Source: Lama guanicoe
Taxonomy: Eukaryota
Reading direction: 5' to 3'
Assembly (NCBI GenBank): GCA_013239625.1
Contig: MU053504.1
Span: forward strand, 186,001 to 250,000
Length of the DNA: 64,000 bases
This document shows, piece by piece, positions 47,201 to 58,036 of this stretch. Made by a program: the position numbers and the translations under genes. The notes under the pieces were generated by a model. The model worked only from the letters and a program-made list of their open reading frames with translations. It ran no database searches and had not been told where the DNA came from. Numbering within the stretch: the stretch's first letter is position 1; the number at the start of each line of letters is the position of its first letter.

Positions 47201-50200
47201 CATTTGGAATGCTTGCTGTCAGGACGTGTCCTCCTAGAACCCAGCCTCCATATTGGAAGGAAGCCCGAGCCACATGGAAAGATCACGTGTGGGGGATCCA
47301 GTCAGTAGTCCTGCCCAGGCCCAGCCTTTGAGTCATCCCAGCCCAGGTGACAGAAATAAAGCCACCAGATGATTTCATCCCTACCTCTCTGAGCCCTCCC
47401 CTAGCTTCACCTCAACATCCGGACACCTCCACCCATTTAGGTCTTCCAGCTGAGGCTGAGCCCTCATGGAGTAGAGACCACCCATCTTGCAGTATCTTGT
47501 CTGGGTTCCCGACCTCCAGAATCCATGATCAAAATAAAACACACGGTGGTTGTGTTATTGTGTTAGTTTGATAGACAGAAATAAATGTTTCTTAGTTGAT
47601 TCATTTGGGTTGATTCCAATCTTTGTTTAACACAAGCAAGGCTTGTTCATAGTTTATGTAGATTCAAGGCAGATTCCTAGAAATGAGGATTACTGTGTCA
47701 AAGGGTAAAAGCATACATAATTTTTTTACCTGTTGCCAAATTCCTCTCTAAACTCTTATTTCCCCCCAATTAGCCTTCTTTGTGTTTACAGTATATTTGC
47801 GTATGTATAATCCCCCTCCCTCCATCCCTACAAAGAAAACTACATAGAGAAAAAAATGCACAAATAGAGGTACAGCTTGATGAATTCTTGATGAAACAAA
47901 ACACATGTATGTAACTCTCACCCAGGTCAAGAAACAAACATTCCTAGCACCCTAAAAGCTGCCCGAGTCCCCCTTCCCAGTGCATACTCCTCCCTTCCAT
48001 GGTATGAATTTACCACTATTTATCCAATTTCCTCTTGCTGTTTCCAGTTAGGGGCTAATACGTCCTATACTCTTTGGCTATTATTATCGTCATCAGAACC
48101 TGTTGCACAGATGTCAGGTTTATTAGATCCTCCTTTACCAGTCTCTTGGGTTATTATTCTCAAACTAGGTTCCTGTGGAACCCTGGGGTCCTTTCTCAAA
48201 TGATGGGAAAAGAGCAAACGCATGGGTTGGCTGCTCTCAGATAAATTTTCCCTAAAACCTTTGGAGTTCACTCCAACTTGTCTGCTACCAAGTTTCAGCA
48301 ATGGCAGATATTCCAGAAACAGGAAATAATGGGAAAACCCAGAAACTCCATGGCTGTGCTGAGAGGAACACTGGTCATCATCTACGGAGAAGTCTCTTGT
48401 ACTCGGACAGGTCTTTTACATGCAGTAGATCGATTTTCTCTAATCTGCAAAAACCTTGGCAAAATAGGTATGGTGATCCCTCTTTCATTGGGAGTGAAAA
48501 CCCAGGCTCTGAGAGGGGAAGCAACTTGCTCAAGGTTCCATGCTCGCACTGGAGGATTGGGAAAGCCTGTGGGCTCTGGGTTCCCTCATGGTCCTGGCTT
48601 CCTTCGCTTTAGGTCATTTCTTCCTGTGTCCTCTTCTCAGTCTGGCATTCAAGGCCCAGCCTACCTCTGCCTCTATCAGAGCTCTGGCCTATTCCCCTTC
48701 CTGAATGCTCTGAAACTTTCCCCCGAGCCAGCCCCCAGGACTTTGCATGTGCTGCTCCCGCTGCTTGGAACCCTTTTCCTTCTTCACTGAACTCCTCTTT
48801 GTCCTTCAAGGATGGCTTCCCTAAGTTGACATCCTTGCTCAAACAGCACCGTCTAGGTCCCCTATCATACTCACTATACGTTTTGTTGTTTGGTTAATTT
48901 CTATTGAATTTCTGTCTCCTCCCACTCACCCTAGACTATAGGGACCTTAGAGTAGGTATTTGCTTGTCTTGTTCATGGCTGTGTCTGGAATGCCTAGCAC
49001 AGTTGCTGGCACATAGTAGGTACTCAGTAAAGATTTTTTGAGGGAGGAGACCATCTTACTTGAGTCTCATGGCAACTCTGTGAAGCAAGTAGAGCTAGAC
49101 TGCTCACTCCCATTTTACAGATGGGGAGACTGAGGTCCAGAGAGGAAAGGGGTCCAGTCCCCTGTGATTTGTAGACAGAGCCAGGCCTGGGTGACTGTGG
49201 TCCTGACACGTCTTCCAGACTGAGGGGGGCCCTCAGCCAGCTAGGGGGTTCTTGGGCTGCCATAGCCCCCCATTGCTCCCCAGATTAGGATTGACAAATG
49301 TGTCCTATCCCTGTGCCTCCCCTGTCCAGGGCCCAGTGCCGGGGCAGGAAAGTTAAGAACGCTGAGAAGGAAAAAAGCTAAATCCTACTCAGGGATGGGT
49401 GGCGGGGTTGTGGTCATGTGTTCCGAAGCCAGGGCAGAGGAGCCAGGAAGTTAGAAGCAGGAAGGAAGCGCCTGTCCCTGTCCCAGGAGGATGCAGTGCA
49501 GACAGTGGGCCTTTATCTTCCTCTGTGCTTCAACCACTTCCTAGCTTGAACTCAGGGACTGCTTAGGTATTTATTTATTTTCCTTTAACCTTGGTTGCTG
49601 GGAACATAAAGTCAAGGTGAACACGCTCTGGAGCAGGTGACTTGGGTCCAAAGCCGGCTCCACAACCCCTAACTGTGTCACTTTGGTCAAATGACTTGGC
49701 TTCTCTGGGCCTCAGTTTCCCCATCTGTGAAAGGAGGAGATGATAATAGCATTTATTGCAGAATGGCATTATAGGGCTTCCCGGGATATTCTAAGGGAAG
49801 TTCTTCCTGGGGAAGTTCTGCCTGGCACAGAGAAGTAATTGGAGAGAGCATGACAGAGGGCTTGCTGTGCACAGGCCCTGTCCTGGGGGCCTTGCAATTT
49901 ACAAAGCCGTCATGGGGGTTTTGAAGGCTCTAGTATTATCCTTGAAAGGGGCAGAAGTGGGGCCAGGGACCCAGCTCTCTGCAGAGCTAGAGGGCTGAAC
50001 CAATAAAATGTGTTACTTAGAGAGAGCATTTGTTGCATGCTGGGCCCTGCTTTCAATGCCACAGAGACATAAAGGGCAAAAATGGACAGTTCTTCCAGGA
50101 CAACTGATGGCCATCTGGGACCCTTTCTTCAAAAGGAATGCTTCAGCCCGAAGCCTCTAATCTCCAGTTTAAGAACTTCAGTAGGGGTGGAGCTGGAGAA

Positions 50201-53200
50201 GGGTTGAACCAGTTATGAAGAATCCTGCTGGCAGGCTGAGCTCAGGGTGCTGGGGAACCACTGAAGGCTCCAAGCAGGGGAAGTGTCATGATTATAGGCC
50301 AGGAATGAGCAGACCTGGAGATGGGGCCCTTTAGGGAGGCTGTTAGGATCTTCCAGGCAAAAGATGAGGCCAGGGTGAAAAAGGAGGTGCTGGAGGGGAT
50401 GCAGTGCCAGCTCTCCTGTTTCCCTTCCTGCCAGTTGGAAAATGTCACTTTTGGGAACAGTTGTCCTAGCCCCAGAGGGGAAGGCAGTGGTCAAGGATGG
50501 CAGTGTCACCCACCAGGTGTGGACGGCACCACTCCAGACTCGCGTGGAAGAGAAAGATTTAACCCACTGAGTTTTGGGGTCTTTATGCCATAGGAGCTTA
50601 GCCTGTATTCACTGAGTAACTTCAGGTAACACACTTTGCTTCTGAGCCTCAGTTTTCACATTTGTAAAATGGGGGTAATAATAGAAACTGCTGGAATTCA
50701 GAAATGGTGCATGTAGAAATAACACAGAGGGGGCATGCAGTGAATCCCCGCTATCCTGCCCAAGCCCCTAGGCTGACCTGGTGGAGGAGACACTGCTAAC
50801 TCCCACTTGGCCCGAGGGCAAGTTTTTTATTTTCTCTTCCTCCTTCTAACTCCCTTGGTGGCCCAGAGCTCAGAGGCAGTGGACACAATAGGCTCTTGAC
50901 CCATATTTATACCATAACTGGATCTGGATGACTTTCAGAAGGTGGTGATCCCTTTCTTGCACTTTACAGATTGGGAAACTGAGGTCCAGAGAAGGCAGGA
51001 ACTTGCCCCAGCTCCTCAGCAACTCAGGCAGAGTGGTGCTGGCTCCAGTCCTTGATAGGCACTGGGGGAAAGCTCATCACTGACAGAGGTGCTTACGGAC
51101 ACCTCCCACCACTCTCTCCCTGGCTCACTGTGCTCCAGCCACTCTGGCCACCTTCTAGTTCCTTGCAACCACCTCAGGGCCTTTGCACTTACTGTTCCCT
51201 CTAATGGACATACTATTCCCACAGCTCCTCACCTGGCTGCCCCTTTCTCATCTTTAGTCCTCAACTTGAGTGTCCCTCTTCAGAGAGGCTGTCCCTGATC
51301 ACCCTGCTTAGTTGGACCCTCTGAAATCTTTTATCTGTACCTCCTGTTTATTTTCTTCATTTATAATATATTAATTAATTAGTCAATTTAGTTAAAATTT
51401 TTTAAAAATTTGATTTTAGTGAGTGTCTCCTTCTAGCCTGTTAAGCACTTTGATTTCAGAACTGTGGTCTTCTGTCTGTCTTGTTTGCTGTTCCCTCCAG
51501 ATGACTCAGCAGGTCCTCAGTACACCCTTGCGATGTGAATGAATAAATACGTTTATGAACGAATAAATATGTGAATATGCCAGGCCTGGGTCTACCACTG
51601 CATTGAACTTGCGTGACTTCTCCATGACTAGCTCTCAATCTCCCCATTGTGCAGATGGGGAAGTGAGGCTCAGAGAGGTCTCACAGGAGAAGGCAGGAAT
51701 ATATTGGATGCTAAAGGCCACTGGATTCCCCCACGCTCAGGACATACACATCAGCTTACAGGACATATGCCCTCAGCAGTGCCATCCCACGTAAACAAAA
51801 GAAAGTAATATTTTTGCTGGACGTGGAGGACCAGACTCCATTCTCCATAGGGATGGTCCATCAAAATATGCTGATGCTTTTGTTGCCAAGGCAACCTGTT
51901 AGCTTTCTGAAGCATCTTTAATGGGAGAGGTTAAGGCCTACATGGATACTGAGGGGCAGGAAAGTCTGGAAAAGGTGTCAAATCCCCTTGCCACCAAGAC
52001 AAACCAACCTAATGCTGGTGGCTGCCCTACCCTCTACAAAGGGCCACCTCCCACCCTATTGTTGGGTTGTTGTTTCTGGGGTGTGCACAGTGAGTTCTCC
52101 CCACCAGAGTAGAAATTTTCTTTTCTGGGAACATGCAGAGATCTTGAGAACAATGTGTTCTGCCTGCCTGGCTCCAATTGAGACCTACCAAGTGCCAGTG
52201 GGAAAGACAGATTGGCCTTGGGAAACTTTCCAGAAAGTTCCTTCAGCCCTAGATATAAATGGAGGGGACAGCACTCCAGCATTTTTGTGGTCAGTGCCAA
52301 GATGCCTCCAAAAAGCTGTGGACAAGGGAGGCAGCTGATAGATGTAAGTGCACTGGAGATGCTAATTGGCTGTGCTGCTTGGATGAAACCCTTTCCCTCT
52401 CTGATCTCTAATTTCTTCATCACTAAAATGAGAACACTGGTCTGATGCAGGGAGAGGTGACAAGTATTCTACATAGGAACCTGCAGATGCAGGTACCCCA
52501 GAAGCCAGTTCCTGCAAGTGGTGGCCTCCAGGAGAACCAGCCAGGGCCAAGGCCACACCAGCCATGCTTCCTAGGGCCCTGTGCACCCAGAATCCTTTAG
52601 CTGTGTCTGCAGCCATCGTGAGTCAGCGTCGCTGTCTTTTAGAGTCTGCAGGTGCTCCATCCTTATTTTACAGATGGGAAATGGAGGCTTAGAGGGGGCC
52701 AGAGGCTCTATCCCAGGGACAGAGCTCGGACTATGAATTGGTCTGACATCTCTGGGCATGACACAGTGGTGTCCTTGATAGTCTGGGGCAAGCTAGGAAA
52801 TAGCTGGAGCCTAGGGCCAGGCCTCCGGAGCAGGGAGGCTGGGAGGAGGGCAGAGATAGACATAAGAGAGACGGAAGGAGAAAAAGTGAACACTTGTTCT
52901 TGCCTGGTCAACCAGAATCACAGTGATAAGCACAGGGATGGACACAGGACCAATCCTGGCTGGAAAGAATCATGCCTTTGATGGAATCACTGGGACAAAG
53001 AAGCTTTCTGTCTTAGGGATGCTGAGCAGGCAGGACATGAGCCTGGGGCTGCTGGAACCATCTGTTGGCAGAGAACCTGATGGAGAATGAGGTCAACATG
53101 ATGGATAGCAGGGCTGAGAGGTGGGGAGGGCCACATCATTTGAGGACCTGGATCTAACCACACCTGAAACCACCCCTAGACTTCCTGTACATGAATCAAT

Positions 53201-55577
53201 CCATTCCTTAGGGTAAGGTTTCTATCCCTTGCATTTGGGAGTCCTGGCATGGAGAAGGAGGGAAAGTAAGATGGAAGGATGAATATTTTTAAGAACAGGT
53301 GTGTGAGGGTCACCCAAATCAGCTTCTTGGCCTTTGTAGACAATGGGGGTGCAGAGACGGATTGGGGCCTTCACCCCACCCAGAGGAGTTCTGTCCCTGG
53401 CGCTCACAGCGCTGCTCTGTATACTTGCAGTACAAAAATAAATACTGTAGATGTTTGCCAAAATAAAACGCTTACCTCCCCTGGGTCCAGGAGAAGGGCT
53501 GGCCTGTACTAGGGGGCCAACTTCTCCACCCCATTCACCCCTTAGGGAAGTAACATTTATTAGGCATCTGCTTCATGCCAGGCTCTGCTAAGAAGGTGAA
53601 ATGCATGGTCTCACTTCCTCCTTGGCCCAGTGCAGCAACGGGGGCGTACCACTGTCTCCATTCGACAGATAAGACAATTGAGGCCTTGAGAGGCTGAGCC
53701 CCATGCTTCAAGTTCAAGAGCTGGAGCAGGTCTGTTTGACTTCAAAGTCCTGCCTACAGCATCACACTGCACACAGTAGATGCTAAATAAAGGCCCACCC
53801 AGCAAATGCTGGGTAAAGCCTTATCAGCCTTTTGGGTAGCAACCTGCCCCTAAGTATTTTTCCCTCCTACCTGAAATGTCACCAACAGCAGTCACATCCT
53901 TTGGTTTCCCAGAAGGAGGTCAGCGTTAATCTGTGCTAGGTTTACTCAGGGGCTCGGGCAGAGCCAGTCAGGACAAATGTGCCTCATTTCCACCCCATAG
54001 CCTTATCCAGGAGAAAGTGTTCTTAATAGAGAGGCACATCCTGGTGGTGGGGCAAGTCGGTCCTGGCTGGGCCCGTGTGTTGGCTGAAGGTGACAGGACT
54101 ATGGTGGCCTCACCAGGACTGAGGAGGGTGACACAGTAATGGAAGTGGGTGGCAGCGTGGCTGTGTGGTTCCTCTCTGCCCCTATCATCTGAAGGAAGCT
54201 CGTGAGGAGCCCCTGGTTTCCCAGACTCAGCAAAGGCCCAGTCTCCGTGGACCTCAGCTATAGCATCACTGTTGGGTGAGGCAGGAGCACGTTAGGGGTT
54301 CTAGCCTGGAGACAGGAAGGATCTGGACCCAGGGATTGGCGTCCTGCTCAAGGCAGAGTGGATGTCCCCAACAGTCCTTGAACTTGAGCTGGGACTCAGG
54401 AAGTTCGAGGAAGTGCTGAGGGCAGACCCCAGGCAGAGATCTGGCTTCCTGGGGCCAGAGGAGCCTTGGAGGACAACAGCCCCTAGCACAGACAGGAAAC
54501 TTAGTTCTAGACCCTTCTTCAGGGATGATGTGTGTCTGCTTTAACCCAAAGATTTCTTCCAGTTGTTTTTAGAGGCTGTTTGAGAACATCACCGTGGCCA
54601 TTGCAGCTAGAAATGGTGAGTGCAGCTGTGGGTGGGGATGTGAACCCGGGGTTCCAGCTCATGACACGCGAGGACTAGCTATTTCCAAGGGTATCCACAG
54701 CCCTGAGAGATACTCTGGGATAAACAGCCCCCATTTTCAAATAAGCAAAGCTGGGGAAAGCTGCCCACTCTAGCCCCTTCATGGGTAAGTCACAAAGCAC
54801 ATGACCACATTAATGGCTCTGACAAGTCTTGCAGCTGAGAATGCCTGTTCACATTGATTAACCTGGTGTTTCCCTCCCTTGACCCTGGGTACTTTTAGAG
54901 GGGAGATCTAGTTATTCTGTCTGGAACACATTCTAGGACATTCTGGGGGGTAAAGGAATCCCTCTTAGATCTCTTGGAGCCCCTGAGGAACCAGGTCTGA
55001 GCTTTAGACGCTGGCGCCAGGGACTGGCAGACAGTGAGGGTGGAAATAATGATTCCCATTGTGGGGTGGATGCAGCTCCTTCAGTCTCGAAGAGAAAGTC
55101 CAAGGACCTCTCAAAGCTGAGAAAGGTTGAAACACAAGATGGCCTGCCCAACAAAAGGGGGACAGAATCTGGGCCTACATCTGGGTAGTTTCATGCCCAT
55201 AAATGCCTTCCCACCTGCCTGAAATTCCATCACAAGTCATGTATTCCTTCGCGGAGCCCAGTTAAGTCTGTTCTCAGCTCATTCAGGGTACTGCAACCCT
55301 CAAGCTGGCAGGAGGTCCCTGCAGGAGACAGGAGGGAAGGGGCAAGAGGGATACTATAGAGGCAGGAACCCCCCCAAACACCTGCCGTTTCACAACTTGA
55401 GGGGAATAGGGAGGCAGGTGACTCTCCCGGACTCCTGGGGCAAGGAGGGCTGGCTCAGGGGAGCCAGGGTGTTCAGGACAAGGTCCTGGCACTGTGTCCT
55501 GTATTTGGGTCTGTCTTGTCCAGACGATACCGTGTCCAGGTCCTCTTGAGAGTCCAGCCTCCAGGCGCCGCCGCTCC

Positions 55578-55738
55578 TTAGATGCCCGTGGGATGCACCA
55601 TCATGCGAGTGGCGCGCAGCGAGTAGCTGGGGCCCTGGAAGTAGTGCCAGCGGATGCCGTTGAGCTTGCGCACGTGGTGGCGAGCCGGGTAGTAGATACC
55701 GTTGAGGTTTGAGAGGCCGCAGGCGTCAAACCACCACC
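55578..55738 (-). CDS. ANGPT4: Angiopoietin-4, last coding exon (exon 9 by human numbering)
   Basis: Acceptor TTCACCAG|. Encodes (G)WWFDACGLSNLNGIYYPARHHVRKLNGIRWHYFQGPSYSLRATRMMVHPTGI*, TAA at 55580-55578, 161 nt. Not in the ORF track. Confidence 0.95.
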
Positions 55739-55964
55739 CTGGTGAAGGAGGAGAAAGAGGCTTTGGGGAGGCGGGGGCCCAGCCAGTGAGGTGAGGGCAG
55801 CCCCCTACCCCAAAGATTTAATCAGGGCTGTTGGCTTCTCTGGGAAGCCAGCTAGCTGGAGATGGGCCTGGGTGGGACCAGGCCTGGAGGGAGGGAGGGA
55901 AGCTCCCAGACCCTCTGTTCAGCCTGGGGTCTCTGGAGGGCAGCGTTCTGATGAGCTCCGTGCT

Positions 55965-56280
55965 TGTGTCTGTCTCTCTGAGTGTCTTTCTCTGATGTCC
56001 CTGTCTCTCTTTGTTCTCCGTTGCCCTGCCTTTCTGGTCTCTCTTTCACATACTGTGTCCACCTGTCTTTCCGTGGTCTGCATCTCTCTCCATCTTTCCC
56101 TCTGCACTTCTGTCCCTGTGTAGCTCTGTGTCCATCGCTCTGTCTGTCACTCCTGGTGTCTCTCTCGCCTCCATCTGTCCCCGTCACTGTGTCTCCGGAG
56201 GTCTCCTCCCATCTCTGTCCCTCCCATTCTGTCTCTGTCTCCCATTCATCCCCATCTCCCCTTCTCTGACCCCCTCCTTG
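55965..56280. repeat. Degenerate (TCTG/TC)n pyrimidine-rich low-complexity tract in the ANGPT4 last intron
   Basis: About 300 nt of TGTCTCTC-like units. Confidence 0.8.
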
Positions 56281-56712
56281 CGAAAAACACTACCTGAGCC
56301 AGTGTTGGTGGGCATTTGCCCCTCTGCCCCACACCCAGGTCTTCCTCATCCTGTTCCTGCTTGGCTTGGGGTGTAGGGGGTGGGGAGGAAGTGTCAGGCC
56401 TGGGGTTGGGACTGATCAGGCACTATGTCTCCTTAGGTTGCACCCTGGGCCCCACCTTCAGTGCTCCTCTAGTCTGGTCTCAGAGGAGACCTGGTGGTGG
56501 CAGCTTTAGGAGGAGGTGAGACCCTGGAAGGCACCTCAAGGACCTGATGTGGATGAGGCACAGCCAGACCAGCCTGTGGGCAGGTGAGACCCCAATCTGC
56601 ACCCACTTCCTGACGGCATCTGGCTGCATGAGGACCTGAGTAGGGAGGGAACAGGGGTGTCTAGCCAGGTGAACCTGTGGGGAGGTGGGGCCTCACCCTG
56701 CCGCCCACCCAC

Positions 56713-56843
56713 CTCCGGACAGCATCTGGGCGCACTTGCAGAGGCAGTTGTCGTTGTCTGCGTCTCGGGTGCTGAAGTTGGTGCCCTGCAGGACCAGGCT
56801 GCTCTGGCGCCCCGCTGAGCCGCTGTACCCGCTCAGAGAAAGC
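56713..56843 (-). CDS. ANGPT4: Angiopoietin-4 exon 8
   Basis: TCCAG| ... |GTGGGT, 131 nt. Encodes (R)LSLSGYSGSAGRQSSLVLQGTNFSTRDADNDNCLCKCAQMLSG with the Ca-binding D-x-D-N-D and CxCKCA motif; phases match the neighbouring exons. Confidence 0.95.
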
Positions 56844-57079
56844 CTGGAGGCCACCCGGAGGTGGTGATGGGACAGGGGCCCAGAGTCAGGTCAGGGCTGT
56901 TTGAGGAAGCGGCTCCCTTCCGGTTCTTCTGGGAAGGGGAGCCCCAGCCTGGGGTGCTGAGCCGTCTCCCCTCCTGGATTGCCCCCCAGTCTGCTGCTTC
57001 CCAGGGACAGAGCACCCACCATGTGCCAAGCCTCCCTCAGCTCGCCGAATCCAAGTCTTGGACAGTTGTGAGAATGATC

Positions 57080-57103
57080 ATGATAATAATAATAATAATA
57101 ATG
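57080..57103. repeat. (ATA)n microsatellite
   Basis: GATAATAATAATAATAATAATG. Confidence 0.9.
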
Positions 57104-57544
57104 AGGACAATGGCTAACGTTTTTTTTTTTGAAGATCTACTATGTGCCAGGCATTGTTTAAAGTGCTTTCCATGGATTAACTCATTCTCATTTAATCCTC
57201 ACCATACCCTATGACTTCCACCTTACAGAAGAGGAAATAGAGGTCCCAGGAGCCACAGGAGCCTGCCCGAGGTCTCAGAACGAATGGGGATGAGAGCCAG
57301 ATCCCAGTCCTGTCTGGTCTGACTCAGAAGCTGTGTGCATTTTCCTTCCCAGCTGACCATCCTACAGCCAGCCCCATCACACCTCCTCATGTCCACCCAC
57401 CTCCTCCAGGAAGCCTTCCTTTACTACATTAGCCCACATGGATCGGAGCCCTGAGGCACCCCCAGCCTCGTGACTTCCACCTCTGCAGCTGGTTGGGGAA
57501 GGTTTAGATTTCCTTGTCAAGCTATGAGGCCATGGTGGTTGTGT

Positions 57545-57795
57545 GGTGATTAGGACCGTGAGCTCTGGAGGCAAAATGCCTGGATTCAAATCCCAGCTCT
57601 GCCGCTTATCAGCGGCGTGGCCTCGGGCAGATTGCTTTGCAGCGCAGCTTCAGTTTCTTCATCTGTTCAAATGGTAATAGTATATTAACAGTGATGCCCT
57701 CATTCGGTCATTGTGATTGGATGACCTCAGCGTGTGATGAGCGCAGAGTAGTGCTGGCACACGGTAAGTGCCCAGTGCATTCAGTGCTTGTTATT
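57545..57795 (+). mobile_element. MIR SINE
   Basis: GCCTGGATTCAAATCCCAGCTCTGCC...CAGTTTCTTCATCTGT...CTGGCACACGGTAAGTGC. Confidence 0.8.
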
Positions 57796-57952
57796 TGTCC
57801 TACTCCTGTGTTCCCACCCTGTGGCACGTGGCTGGCACAGGCTCCCACTGATCCTGGCTGGAGAGAGTGTTGGGTGCTTGGAGCAGGGGAGGGGCTGCTC
57901 TGGCAGTCAAGGTGGGAGCCCATTTGGGAGCAATCAAGAAAGTCCTGTAGGC

Positions 57953-58036
57953 GGGGGAGTGGGGAGTATAGCTCAGTGGTAGAGCACATGCACATGGTTC
58001 TGGGTTCAATCCCTAGTACTTCCATTAAAAAAAAAA
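57953..58036 (+). mobile_element. tRNA-Ala-derived camelid SINE with a small internal deletion
   Basis: GTATAGCTCAGTGGTAGAGCACATGCACATGGTTCTGGGTTCAATCCC plus an A10 tail; lacks the ATGCTTAGC anticodon-arm segment. Confidence 0.85.
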
